Both the position numbers and the translations under genes were made by a program. A stretch of DNA of 32,000 nt from Telmatocola sphagniphila (GTDB lineage: Bacteria > Planctomycetota > Planctomycetia > Gemmatales > Gemmataceae): the NCBI RefSeq assembly GCF_018398935.1, contig NZ_CP074694.1, positions 4,620,001 to 4,652,000 of the forward strand, given 5' to 3'. This document shows, piece after piece, positions 15,834 through 25,053 of this stretch (position 1 is its first letter; each line of letters starts with the position of its first letter). The notes under the pieces were generated by a model. The model did not search any database. It was not told where the DNA came from and saw nothing but the letters and a program-made list of their open reading frames with translations.

Positions 15834-16337
15834 TTAATCCTTCGCCTTCTTCGGTTTCATCTTATTGCGAACCGGTTTTTTCGGCAGGGGGATCAAATCG
15901 GCCGTGCCACCCTTGGCCTGAATCTTCTCCAAAGCGGACTTGGAGAAGTAGTTGGCCCGAATGGTCAGCTTCTTGGTGAGTTCCCCATCACCCAGAATAC
16001 GGACATGTTCTCGCGTTCTTGTCGCCAGACCATTTTCGCGAAGCGATTCGGCGGTCACGACATCGCCGTCATTGTAGACGATGTCCAGGTCGCCGACGTT
16101 GACGACGTTGGCCGTGGCGCGGAAGCGAGCGTTGTTGAAACCGCGTTTGGGAACGCGTCGGAACAACGGGGTTTGACCCCCGACGAAGGTGATACCGGGC
16201 AGCCGGGCTCCGGCGCTGGCGTATTGACCTTTGTGGCCGCGACCGGCGGTTTTACCCTGACCCGAGCCGACACCGCGTCCTACTCGCTTCTTCAGCTTTC
16301 GCTTTTGCGTGCCTGCGTGTACGTTTGTGAGATCCAT
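15834..16337 (-). CDS. rplO: 50S ribosomal protein L15
   Basis: Typical L15 sequence (RVGRGVGSGQGKTAGRGHKGQ). The ATG overlaps the rpsE stop codon (TAATG). Confidence 0.93.
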   Translation of the reverse strand: MDLTNVHAGTQKRKLKKRVGRGVGSGQGKTAGRGHKGQYASAGARLPGITFVGGQTPLFRRVPKRGFNNARFRATANVVNVGDLDIVYNDGDVVTAESLRENGLATRTREHVRILGDGELTKKLTIRANYFSKSALEKIQAKGGTADLIPLPKKPVRNKMKPKKAKD

Positions 16338-16852
16338 TACAGTTCCACTCCTCGGAGACGGGCCACATCTTCACGGGTTCGCAGAGCTTGCAGGCCGCGA
16401 ATGGTGGCTTTCACCAGGTTCAGCGGGTTCGTGCTGCCGTGCGTTTTGGTAAGAATGTTGCGAATGCCGCAAGCCTGGAGGACTTCGCGAACGCCTGGAC
16501 CCGCTTTAACCCCGGTACCCGGACCCGCGGGAACCAGAATCACTCGGGAAGCGCCGTAGCGACCGACCACCCGGTGAGGGATGGTCTGACCCCGCATGGC
16601 CACTTTCTTCTGACGGCGGAGATTTTCCTGAGCTTCCTTCAAAGCCTTTTCGACCGAAGGAGGCACTTCGTTGGCCTTGCCGTAACCGTAAAAAACGCGA
16701 CCGCTTTCATCGCCGACGACGACCAGAGCGGCGAAGCTGAAGCGTCGGCCCCCCTTCACAACGGTTGCGCAACGGCGGATCTTGACCACGAAGTCCTTGA
16801 GTTGGACTTCATTGCGACCGCCGTCCCGGCCTTCTCCGCGTTCACGAGCCAT
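16337..16852 (-). CDS. rpsE: 30S ribosomal protein S5
   Basis: Typical S5 sequence (RCATVVKGGRRFSFAALVVVGD..GRVFYGYGKA.EVP.). Operon position is between L18 and L15. Confidence 0.93.
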   Translation of the reverse strand: MARERGEGRDGGRNEVQLKDFVVKIRRCATVVKGGRRFSFAALVVVGDESGRVFYGYGKANEVPPSVEKALKEAQENLRRQKKVAMRGQTIPHRVVGRYGASRVILVPAGPGTGVKAGPGVREVLQACGIRNILTKTHGSTNPLNLVKATIRGLQALRTREDVARLRGVEL

Positions 16853-16973
16853 ATTACTGAACCCTCAAGAAACTTATTCGTGCACTGAGCAGGTTAAGAG
16901 CGGTTGTTGGCCCCTAGCCCGGTTTAGTTGACAATCTTTCGTAGCGGGTAGCCCCGGAAGGCCGCCCGCAGAA

Positions 16974-17330
16974 TTAAAACTTCAGGCCACCTTCGCGGGC
17001 CGCTTCGGCCAGAGCTTTCAAGCGGCCGTGATAGCGGTAAGGACCGCGATCAAACGCACAGACCTGAATTCCCTTGGCGGTCGCGGCGGCGGCCAGAGCC
17101 TTACCGACTTCGGTTGCGGCCTTGACGTTGCCACCGTAGGGCTTGCTCTTGCCGGCGGTGCTGGCCGATGCCAGAGTCAGACCATTCAAATCATCGATCA
17201 GCTGAGCATAAATGTGTTTCGCGGATCGAAACACGCTCAGACGGGGTCGTTCCGGAGTGCCCTGCACTTTCTTGCGAACGTGCTGCTTACGGCGGATCGA
17301 CCGATGCTGTTTACGACGTTGAGCGTCCAT
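16974..17330 (-). CDS. rplR: 50S ribosomal protein L18
   Basis: Typical L18 sequence ([20 protein letters not shown]..., [26 protein letters not shown]). Confidence 0.93.
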   Translation of the reverse strand: MDAQRRKQHRSIRRKQHVRKKVQGTPERPRLSVFRSAKHIYAQLIDDLNGLTLASASTAGKSKPYGGNVKAATEVGKALAAAATAKGIQVCAFDRGPYRYHGRLKALAEAAREGGLKF

Positions 17331-17391
17331 ATTTTCGCTTCACTCAGTTAGCCCACGACTGCAACCGCGGGTATTTCATTTCGGATATAGA

Positions 17392-17955
17392 TTAACCGCC
17401 GCTGGCAAAGGACTTGCCTTCCTTGCGACGAACCACTTCGTTATCGTACCGGATACCTTTACCCTTGTAAGGTTCAGGTTTACGGGAAGCCCGGATCTCG
17501 GCGGCGAACTGTCCGACTTTCTGCTTATCGGAACCCGCGACCAGAATCACGGTCGGGTCCTTGGGATCCGGCAGAGTGACGGTCACTCCTTCCGGAGGCG
17601 TCAACAAGATTTTGTTGGCGAAGCCGACCGAAAGTTCGATCGATTTCTTGTCGACGATGCGGGCCTGATAACCCAAGCCTTCGATCTTCAGCTTCTTTTC
17701 GAAGCCGGTCGAAACGCCTTTAACCATGTTGGCGACTAGGGACCGGGTCAGGCCGTGCAGCGATCGATTGAGTCGTTCGTCGTCGGGTCGGGTGACCAGA
17801 ATCGACTTGGCGGCCGCATCGAAGGCGACTTTGATGTTGGGGTGGTGCTGGAATTCCAGCTTGCCCTTCTTGCCTTCGACCGAAACCAGACCGTCCTTGA
17901 TGCCCACTTTGACATCGGCTGGAACGACGATCGGCTGTTTTCCAATACGAGACAT
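17392..17955 (-). CDS. rplF: 50S ribosomal protein L6
   Basis: Typical L6 sequence (MSRIGKQPIVVPADVKV..., EGLGYQA, EPYKGKGIRY). Confidence 0.93.
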   Translation of the reverse strand: MSRIGKQPIVVPADVKVGIKDGLVSVEGKKGKLEFQHHPNIKVAFDAAAKSILVTRPDDERLNRSLHGLTRSLVANMVKGVSTGFEKKLKIEGLGYQARIVDKKSIELSVGFANKILLTPPEGVTVTLPDPKDPTVILVAGSDKQKVGQFAAEIRASRKPEPYKGKGIRYDNEVVRRKEGKSFASGG

Positions 17956-18005
17956 TTCAAACTACTCCTGTTCCCTTGGGGGGCGATCCGGGGGAAGTTA
18001 ATAAA

Positions 18006-18449
18006 TCACCAAACGTTGCAAATGACTTCGCCGCCGACGCCTTGAGCGCGGGCCTGGCGATCGCTCAGCACACCCTTGCTGGTGCTGAGAATGGAGATAC
18101 CCAGTCCATCGAGCACGCGGGTCAGGCTGCGGGCGCCTTTATAGTAACGGCGGCCGGGCTTGCTGCTGCGGGCGATGTGACGAATCACTTTTTCGCCTTC
18201 GGGGCCATACTTCAGGAAGACGCGGAGAACGACCTTGGGGTCGCTGAAGGTGGCGCCGGGGGTGAATTCCTTGTGGCCGTCTTTAACGACGTAGGTGCCC
18301 AGCTGGTAATCGAGGATGAATCCTTCGTGCTTCAAAACCTGCGCGATGGCGGCTTTCAGCTTGGTGCCGGGCATTTCGGCCGCGGGACGTTCGATGGAAT
18401 TCGCATTACGAATTCGGGTCAGCATATCGGCTATCGGATCGGTCATCAT
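18006..18449 (-). CDS. rpsH: 30S ribosomal protein S8
   Basis: Typical S8 sequence (MMTDPIADMLTRIRNA..., GLGISILSTSKGVLSD..A...GVGGEVICNVW). Confidence 0.93.
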   Translation of the reverse strand: MMTDPIADMLTRIRNANSIERPAAEMPGTKLKAAIAQVLKHEGFILDYQLGTYVVKDGHKEFTPGATFSDPKVVLRVFLKYGPEGEKVIRHIARSSKPGRRYYKGARSLTRVLDGLGISILSTSKGVLSDRQARAQGVGGEVICNVW

Positions 18450-18464
18450 GGCTGTTTGCTCCTC

Positions 18465-18725
18465 TTACCAACTGGCCTTACGCATACCCGGGATCAAACC
18501 ATCGCTGGCCATGTTCCGCAGACAGATGCGACAGATACCGAACTTCCGATACACCGCGCGGGGCCGACCGCACAGTTTGCAGCGAAGGCGAACCCGAATC
18601 AGTTCGCGGCCTTCCATCACCTTATGCTTGTCGCGCTGATCGGCCGGTTTGGCCATTTCGGCGCGGTGCAGTTCCAACGCTTTCAATTCGCGGCGAAACT
18701 TCGCTTCTTTGGAATTTGTTGACAT
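18465..18725 (-). CDS. rpsN: 30S ribosomal protein S14 (Cys4, zinc-type C-terminus)
   Basis: 86 aa, ending in [38 protein letters not shown]. Confidence 0.9.
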   Translation of the reverse strand: MSTNSKEAKFRRELKALELHRAEMAKPADQRDKHKVMEGRELIRVRLRCKLCGRPRAVYRKFGICRICLRNMASDGLIPGMRKASW

Positions 18726-18811
18726 CGATTTCTATCCCTGTAATCCCATCGGCAATCCGAAGGGCAGTAAATTCCACACTCGGCCCGCTTCCGAGAAAGC
18801 GGGGGCTGATA

Positions 18812-19354
18812 TTAGACTTCCCGGAACGGCATGCCGAACAGTCGGAGCAGTTCGCGGGCTTCTTCATCACTGCGGGTGCTGGTGACGAAGGTGATATCCA
18901 TCCCCTGGCTGAAGTTCAGCTTGTCGGGGTCGATTTCCGGGAAGATGGCCTGTTCGGAAACGCCGATCGAATAGTTGCCGTTGCCGTCGAAGCTCTTGGG
19001 GTTCACACCGCGGAAGTCGCGAATTCGCGGCAGGGCGATGTTGACCAGTCGATCCAGGAATTCGTACATCCGCTTGCCCCGCAGGGTGACGCGGCAGCCG
19101 ATTTCGTAACCTTCGCGGAGGCGGAAGGCGCTGACGGCCTTTTTAGCTTTGGTGATCTGGACTTTCTGACCGGAGATCAGGGTCAGCTGCTCGGCGGCCT
19201 GCTGCATGCGATTCTTATCCTGAAGGGCTTTTCCCACCCCCATGTTCAGGACGATCTTCTGGAGCCGCGGCAGACTCAGAATATTCTGGCGACCGAACTT
19301 TTTGGAAAGTTCGGAAGCGATCTCTTTGGTGTAACGTTCCTGCAACCGAGCCAT
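18812..19354 (-). CDS. rplE: 50S ribosomal protein L5
   Basis: Typical L5 sequence (LPRLQKIVLNMGVG, FRLREGYEIGCRVTLRG..MYEFLDRL, FDGNGNYSIG). Confidence 0.93.
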   Translation of the reverse strand: MARLQERYTKEIASELSKKFGRQNILSLPRLQKIVLNMGVGKALQDKNRMQQAAEQLTLISGQKVQITKAKKAVSAFRLREGYEIGCRVTLRGKRMYEFLDRLVNIALPRIRDFRGVNPKSFDGNGNYSIGVSEQAIFPEIDPDKLNFSQGMDITFVTSTRSDEEARELLRLFGMPFREV

Positions 19355-19413
19355 TGAGCTTTCTCCCAGGTCTTCGATGTCCGACCGAAGACCAAAAAGC
19401 GAATTACGCTAGA

Positions 19414-19779
19414 TCAGACGACTTCCTGAGCCATACTGACAATCTTGTTGAAACTCGCTCGCAGTTCACGAGCGATGGCCCCGAAAATACGGGTGCCCCG
19501 GGGATTCAAATCGTTATCCAGCAGCACGATGGCGTTGCGGTCGAAGCGAACGTAAGTTCCATCGTCGCGACGGGTGCTCTTCTTGGTGCGAACGACCACG
19601 GCCTTGACGACATCGCCGGGCTTCACATCGCCGCCGGGAATCGCCTTTTTCACGCTGGCGACGATGACATCGCCGATGCCGGCGTAGCGTCGGCCGGTAC
19701 CGCCGAGTACCTTAATGCACATGCATTCCTTGGCACCGGTGTTGTCGGCCACGTCCACGTATGTGTACATCTGAATCAT
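19414..19779 (-). CDS. rplN: 50S ribosomal protein L14
   Basis: Typical L14 sequence ([48 protein letters not shown]). Confidence 0.93.
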   Translation of the reverse strand: MIQMYTYVDVADNTGAKECMCIKVLGGTGRRYAGIGDVIVASVKKAIPGGDVKPGDVVKAVVVRTKKSTRRDDGTYVRFDRNAIVLLDNDLNPRGTRIFGAIARELRASFNKIVSMAQEVV

Positions 19780-19855
19780 GTCAACCTCATGCGATGGAGT
19801 CGGTATCGAACCGACGGGATCGCTTTATTTTTCAATCGTCCGCCGGGTCAGCGGC

Positions 19856-20173
19856 TTACAGTACCTTGGTCGTATCGGCGGGGGTGATGGTCACCTTGGT
19901 CGGAGCCTTGATAACTACGCGAACCAGTCGCCAGGATTTCAGCTTGGAGAGCGGTCGGCTTTCCATGATCTCCACGGTATCGCCGGTATGCGATTCATTG
20001 GCTTCATCGTGGACGTAGCAGACGGTACGGCGCTTGATGTACTTGCCGTACCGGGGATGCTTGTCCAGGCGCTGAATTTCGACGCGCCGAGTCTTATTCA
20101 TTTTGTCGCGGGTGACCACGCCGACGAGGGTCCGGCGGGCATTACGTTCGGGAGTGGCAGTAGTCTCAGACAT
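19856..20173 (-). CDS. rpsQ: 30S ribosomal protein S17
   Basis: Typical S17 sequence ([36 protein letters not shown]...HDE.N....GD.V.I.E.RPLSK.K.W). Confidence 0.92.
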   Translation of the reverse strand: MSETTATPERNARRTLVGVVTRDKMNKTRRVEIQRLDKHPRYGKYIKRRTVCYVHDEANESHTGDTVEIMESRPLSKLKSWRLVRVVIKAPTKVTITPADTTKVL

Positions 20174-20397
20174 TATTTCGCGTTCTCCTTAGCCAGTTCG
20201 CGCTGCCGTTGTACGGTCTTGATGCGGGCAATCTGCCGCTTGTGATTTCGTATTTCACTCGGAGTTTCCAATCGGTCGGTGGCTGATTGGAAGCGGAGCT
20301 GGAACAGCGATTTTTCCAGGTCGCGAATCGTCAGCGTCAACTGTTCATCAGTCATCGCCCGGAGTTCGCTCGGTTTAGGAGCCTTCATGTTATCCAA
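20173..20397 (-). CDS. rpmC: 50S ribosomal protein L29
   Basis: 74 aa ([10 protein letters not shown]...[13 protein letters not shown]....IR..KR.IARIKTV). The stop codon overlaps the rpsQ ATG (TAATG). Confidence 0.9.
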   Translation of the reverse strand: MDNMKAPKPSELRAMTDEQLTLTIRDLEKSLFQLRFQSATDRLETPSEIRNHKRQIARIKTVQRQRELAKENAK

Positions 20398-20466
20398 TCC
20401 CGTTGCAGCCTCATTCGGAGGCGGCCACTCGAAAAAAACACCGCCGACAGGCGGCGGGTCACAGTA

Positions 20467-20883
20467 TTAGCTCGCCTGCCGGCCGATGAATCGACACCGG
20501 AAAGGCATTTTGTAGGCCACGCGGGCCAGGCATTCTTTCGCGGCGCTCTCGGGGAGACCGCCGATCTCGAACAGAATCATGCCAGGCTTCACCACGCAGG
20601 CCCAGTACTCCGGCTCCCCTTTGCCCTTACCCATACGGGTTTCGGCGGGGATGGCCGTCACGGATTTATGCGGAAAAACGCGAATGTAAAGTCGACCTTC
20701 GCCGCGGGTGAACTGGGCCGCAGTAACGCGGCCCGCTTCAATCGCTTCGGCGCTCAGCCAGCCACCCTCGAGAACCTGCAGACCGAAGTCGCCGTGGCTC
20801 ACGGTGTTGCCGCGACAGGCGTTACCCTTGACGCGACCGCGCTGGCTTTTTCGATACTTTACGCGTTTGGGCATTAGCGGCAT
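20467..20883 (-). CDS. rplP: 50S ribosomal protein L16
   Basis: Typical L16 sequence (MPLMPKRVKYRKSQRGR..G......V.HGDFGLQ). The start is at 20883, or at the ATG three codons downstream (20874). It overlaps the 3' end of rpsC. Confidence 0.92.
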   Translation of the reverse strand: MPLMPKRVKYRKSQRGRVKGNACRGNTVSHGDFGLQVLEGGWLSAEAIEAGRVTAAQFTRGEGRLYIRVFPHKSVTAIPAETRMGKGKGEPEYWACVVKPGMILFEIGGLPESAAKECLARVAYKMPFRCRFIGRQAS

Positions 20884-21523
20884 CGGTAGTCTCCTCAGTC
20901 AAATAGTCGCCGTTGTTAACCCACACTTTGATGCCGATATTCCCCTGGGCCGTCGAAGCTTCGGCAAAACCATATTCCACTCGGGCTCGCAGCATGGAGA
21001 GAGGGATGCTCCCTTCCATGGCTTTTTCGCAGCGGGCCATTTCAGCACCACCCAGTCGGCCGGAAAGCTGGAGTCGAACGCCTTTGGCGCCGCCTTCCAT
21101 CGCTTTGCCGATCGCCTGTTTCATCGTCCGTCGGAAGCTCGCCCGCTTTTCCAGTTGCTCGGCGATTTCCTCGGCGATCAACTGCGGATCGGTTTCCGGA
21201 CGATTCACTTCCATCGTCTTCACTTCCACGTGACGATGGATCAGTTTTTCCAGTTCGGTCGTCAGCTTGTCGATTTCGGCGCCCTTCTTGCCGATGATCA
21301 CACCCACTCGCGAGGAGAAGATGTTGATCACGACTTTCTCGCGCGTCCGTTCGATGGTCACGCGAGCGATGCCGGACCGGCCGAACCGCTTCTTGATGTA
21401 CTTGCGGATCTTGAAGTCTTCGACCAGCAAGTCCGAAAAATCTTTCTTGCTGGCGAACCACTGGCTGGACCAGCTCGTCATCACACCGACGCGGAACCCG
21501 GTTGGTCGAACTTTCTGACCCAT
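20822..21523 (-). CDS. rpsC: 30S ribosomal protein S3
   Basis: Typical S3 sequence (MGQKVRPTGFRVGV...W.S.WFA, KH-domain region, RLGGAEMAR.E....G..PL..LRA.V.YG). Confidence 0.93.
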   Translation of the reverse strand: MGQKVRPTGFRVGVMTSWSSQWFASKKDFSDLLVEDFKIRKYIKKRFGRSGIARVTIERTREKVVINIFSSRVGVIIGKKGAEIDKLTTELEKLIHRHVEVKTMEVNRPETDPQLIAEEIAEQLEKRASFRRTMKQAIGKAMEGGAKGVRLQLSGRLGGAEMARCEKAMEGSIPLSMLRARVEYGFAEASTAQGNIGIKVWVNNGDYLTEETTDAANAQTRKVSKKPARSRQG

Positions 21524-21549
21524 ATTACCCTCTTGCTCCCTGTTTCCGT

Positions 21550-21891
21550 CTAGCTCTCGGCTTCATCCGACAATGTAATGTGGATGTGAGCCATCCGCCG
21601 CAGAATCATGTTCGCACTACCGCGGGAACGCGGCATCATTCGCTTGAAAGTCGGGGCGCCATCCACGCGAGATTCGCTCACGACCAGATCTTCCACATCG
21701 CGGGCCCCGCGGTCGCTGGCATTACCCAGCGCACTCTTGAGGACCTGTTCCAACAGCCGAGCTCCCCGGTTCGGGAGAAACTTCAGCGATTGCAGCGCTT
21801 CATCGGCGGATTTGCCGCGAATCATGTCCGCGAACGGACGAATCTTTCGGGGAGTCATATCCGCGAAGCGATGTATGGCTTTGTAGTTCAT
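21550..21891 (-). CDS. rplV: 50S ribosomal protein L22
   Basis: Typical L22 sequence (A.HRFADMTPRKIRPFADMIRGKSADEALQSLKF.P.). Confidence 0.92.
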   Translation of the reverse strand: MNYKAIHRFADMTPRKIRPFADMIRGKSADEALQSLKFLPNRGARLLEQVLKSALGNASDRGARDVEDLVVSESRVDGAPTFKRMMPRSRGSANMILRRMAHIHITLSDEAES

Positions 21892-21932
21892 AGTTCAGTC
21901 CTCGAATCCCGCTTCCGAAGCAGGAGATTCGC

Positions 21933-22217
21933 TTATTTGCCTGGGGCAGCCTTGGCCTTCCCACCACTGTGACCTTTGAATACCCGAGTCGGAGAAAATT
22001 CCCCCAACTTGTGACCGACCATTTCTTCGGTCACGTACACTTTGATGAAGTTTTTGCCATTATGAACTTCGAAGGTCACGCCCACGAAATCCGGCAAAAT
22101 CGTACAGTCACGGGACCAGGTCTTGATCGGAGCTCGGGCGCCCGATTTACCAGTCTTCTCCACCTTCGCCAGAAGCTTAGGATCGAAGTACGGTCCTTTT
22201 TTCGATGAACGGCTCAT
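21933..22217 (-). CDS. rpsS: 30S ribosomal protein S19
   Basis: [15 protein letters not shown]...[26 protein letters not shown]. The start is at the internal ATG 22215-22217 rather than the track start 22235. Confidence 0.92.
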   Translation of the reverse strand: MSRSSKKGPYFDPKLLAKVEKTGKSGARAPIKTWSRDCTILPDFVGVTFEVHNGKNFIKVYVTEEMVGHKLGEFSPTRVFKGHSGGKAKAAPGK

Positions 22218-22335
22218 GCCCGTCCGCCTCCCCAAAATCTTCTATTACCCCGAAAAAGGGGAAGAGAAGATGATATCGACCACATAACAGACCGGCGATA
22301 GCGCGCTTGCCGGATCGTTCTAAAATTTATTCGAA

Positions 22336-23193
<858 letters not shown>

Positions 23194-23341
23194 ATAGCCT
23201 CTCTGGCTTAATGCTTTAGCTTTCCGCTAATTAGCCGTCAGTTTTCAGCGATCCGCTGTCCACTAACCGACTACTTTCTCAATCTTTGATCCAACTCATC
23301 AGGCAGTCCTGAACTCAGAGACTGCTCGCCGTCGATCGCTC

Positions 23342-23704
23342 TTAGAAGAACTCAATCTTGTCTTCTTCGTGGAGCGTCACCACGGCCTTCTTCCAATCGG
23401 GCTGCTGACCCATGGTCGTTTTGAAGCGTCGCTTCTTGCCGTGGCGAATCTGGGTGTTCACGCCGGTGACCCGGACATTGAACATCTGCTCGACCGCCCC
23501 TTTGATGTCCGTCTTGGTCGCTATCGGGCTTACCTGGAAGGTATACGCGTTATAGCGAGTGCTCTGGTGAGTTCCCTTTTCGGTCACCAGCGGTCGCAGC
23601 AGAACCTGATAGGGTTCGAGAACGACCCCGGTCGGTCCCGCCTTGGGAATCTTCCGCTTCTTGTTCTTTGGCCGATATTTTTTCGGTCTTGGTCGTGTGT
23701 TCAT
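23342..23704 (-). CDS. rplW: 50S ribosomal protein L23 with a basic N-terminal extension of about 25-30 aa
   Basis: The core (LLRPLVTEKGT......NAYTF.V...A.K..IK.AVE.MF.V.V..VNT) is typical L23. The N-terminus MNTRPRPKKYRPKNKKRKIPKAG is extra. Confidence 0.9.
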   Translation of the reverse strand: MNTRPRPKKYRPKNKKRKIPKAGPTGVVLEPYQVLLRPLVTEKGTHQSTRYNAYTFQVSPIATKTDIKGAVEQMFNVRVTGVNTQIRHGKKRRFKTTMGQQPDWKKAVVTLHEEDKIEFF

Positions 23705-23710
23705 GTTCGA

Positions 23711-24382
23711 TTACTCCCCGGCTTTCAAAGGCTTGGGATGACGAAGCGCTTCCAGCGCTGCCTTGGTCAGCACCAGGTGTTTCTTGCCCAGCACGGCGTG
23801 GCTATTCAGTTCCGTTGCCGGCAGAACTTTCACGCCTTCGATGTTGCGGGCCGACTTGTAGACGTTGGTGTCGGTTCCGTTGGTCCCGATCAGACACTTC
23901 GTAACGTTCAAGGTCTTCAGCAACGAGGCGATTTCCTTGGTCTTCGGGGCCGTCATGCTCAGTTCGTCGATGACGATGGTTTCTTTGTCCCGCAGTTTGG
24001 CCAGGATGGCCATTCGGGTAGCGATCTTGATCGCTTTTTTGGGCAGGTGATATTCGTAATCGCGAGGCTTGGGACCTTTAGCGGTACCGCCCCCACGTCG
24101 TTTGTTCGTGCGTTTGGTACCGGCACGGGCGTTGCCCGTACCTTTCTGTCGGAAGATTTTTTTGCTCGAACCGGACACTTCGCCGCGGCGGAGCGTATGG
24201 TGATTACCTTCGCGAAGATTGGCCTGGTACATCACAACTGCTTCGTGGAGCAGTCGGGGGCTGATTTTACCGCCGAATTCCTTCGCATCGACACTGATGG
24301 TGCCGACCGACTGACCCTGGCGGTTATAAACCGGCACTTCGATAGCACCGGTAATCAATTCCACGTGTTCGGACATATCCAC
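23711..24382 (-). CDS. rplD: 50S ribosomal protein L4
   Basis: Typical L4 sequence (LLHEAVVMYQANLR.G.H.T..R.EV.GS.KK..RQKGTG.AR.G). The position is directly upstream of rplW. Confidence 0.92.
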   Translation of the reverse strand: MDMSEHVELITGAIEVPVYNRQGQSVGTISVDAKEFGGKISPRLLHEAVVMYQANLREGNHHTLRRGEVSGSSKKIFRQKGTGNARAGTKRTNKRRGGGTAKGPKPRDYEYHLPKKAIKIATRMAILAKLRDKETIVIDELSMTAPKTKEIASLLKTLNVTKCLIGTNGTDTNVYKSARNIEGVKVLPATELNSHAVLGKKHLVLTKAALEALRHPKPLKAGE

Positions 24383-24537
24383 TTTCCTTTCAGCCCCTTT
24401 GCATAGGCTGACGGTGGCGACAAGAGCCCCCAGATAAATTTCTGCAGGAGAAATTCACCCGTTTCGCTCGAGCTGTTGGAGGCACCGAGTCGAAATTTCC
24501 CCGGCAAACCTCTTTGCCTTTATAACTGGGGAATAAG

Positions 24538-24565
24538 ATTATAAGACACTAACACCGAGTTTCAA
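24538..24565 (-). promoter_or_regulatory. candidate sigma70-type promoter between rpsJ and rplD (TTGAAA-16 nt-TATAAT)
   Basis: On the minus strand, TTGAAA (24560-24565, overlapping the rpsJ stop codon 24562-24564) is followed by a 16-nt spacer and TATAAT (24538-24543). About 155 nt of leader lies before the rplD ATG. The consensus is borrowed from E. coli-type promoters, and its validity in this phylum is assumed. Confidence 0.3.
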
Positions 24566-24912
24566 GCAGCGCCTGGAGCGTTCTGCTGAGCCATAACCCG
24601 AATCTTGATATCCACACCGGGGGGAAGGCTGAGGCCCTTGTTCAGAGCTTCAATGGTCTTGCCCGTAGGCTGGAGGATATCGATGACCCGCTTGTGAGTC
24701 CGAATTTCAAACTGTTCGCGGGATTTGCGGTCGATGTGAGGAGATCGCAAAACCGTGTATCGTTCGATTCGGGTCGGTAGCGGAATCGGACCGTGGACAT
24801 CAGCACCCGTCCGTGTGGCAGTATCCACTATCTCGGCCGCCGTGCGATCCAGCATTTCATGGTCGTAACCTTCCATGCGAATGCGGATTCTTTCATTCAA
24901 AGTCTGAGCCAT
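24562..24912 (-). CDS. rpsJ: 30S ribosomal protein S10
   Basis: [68 protein letters not shown] is typical S10. The start is at the internal ATG 24910-24912; the 35 upstream codons in the track ORF are not S10-like. Confidence 0.92.
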   Translation of the reverse strand: MAQTLNERIRIRMEGYDHEMLDRTAAEIVDTATRTGADVHGPIPLPTRIERYTVLRSPHIDRKSREQFEIRTHKRVIDILQPTGKTIEALNKGLSLPPGVDIKIRVMAQQNAPGAA

Positions 24913-25053
24913 TTGGAGCCAAATTCCAATAAATGCTTCAAAATATCGGAAACGGTAAGATAGAGCGCCGGGACTAGTGGACAATAGCGCACCTAAAAAA
25001 ATCAGGAAAAAGCGCAACGGACTGGCGTTCGCAGTTCGGCAATGCTACCGTGA

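Noticed and set aside
16337-16337. Absence of rpmD (L30) between rpsE and rplO, where the two genes overlap by 1 nt
   Set aside because: L30 is missing from many bacterial lineages, so this is not notable by itself, unlike the universal L3 and L24.
23295-23302. CUGAUGAG (hammerhead-ribozyme core-like octamer) on the minus strand in the 148-nt rplW-rplB spacer, with GAAA 17 nt downstream
   Set aside because: The sequence between CUGAUGA and GAAA does not form a stem II closing directly on the core; only a displaced 4-bp TCAA/TTGA hairpin is present. No matching stem I/III or cleavage triplet could be built. One chance occurrence of an 8-mer is expected in 64 kb of two-strand sequence.
24913-25017. 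N-terminal extensions of track ORFs upstream of conserved starts: S10 24913-25017, SecY 15713-15754, Adk 14229-14258, S19 22218-22235, YciE-like 3649-3855
   Set aside because: The extensions are not similar to the respective families. The internal ATGs reproduce canonical N-termini, and some have SD-like sequences. The YciE extension would overlap the yihY-like gene, and the Adk extension would cover the terminator.
24913-25053. Possible rpsJ promoter (TTGTCC-16 nt-TATCTT on the minus strand) in the divergent intergenic region
   Set aside because: The match to consensus is too weak to report as a feature without TSS data.
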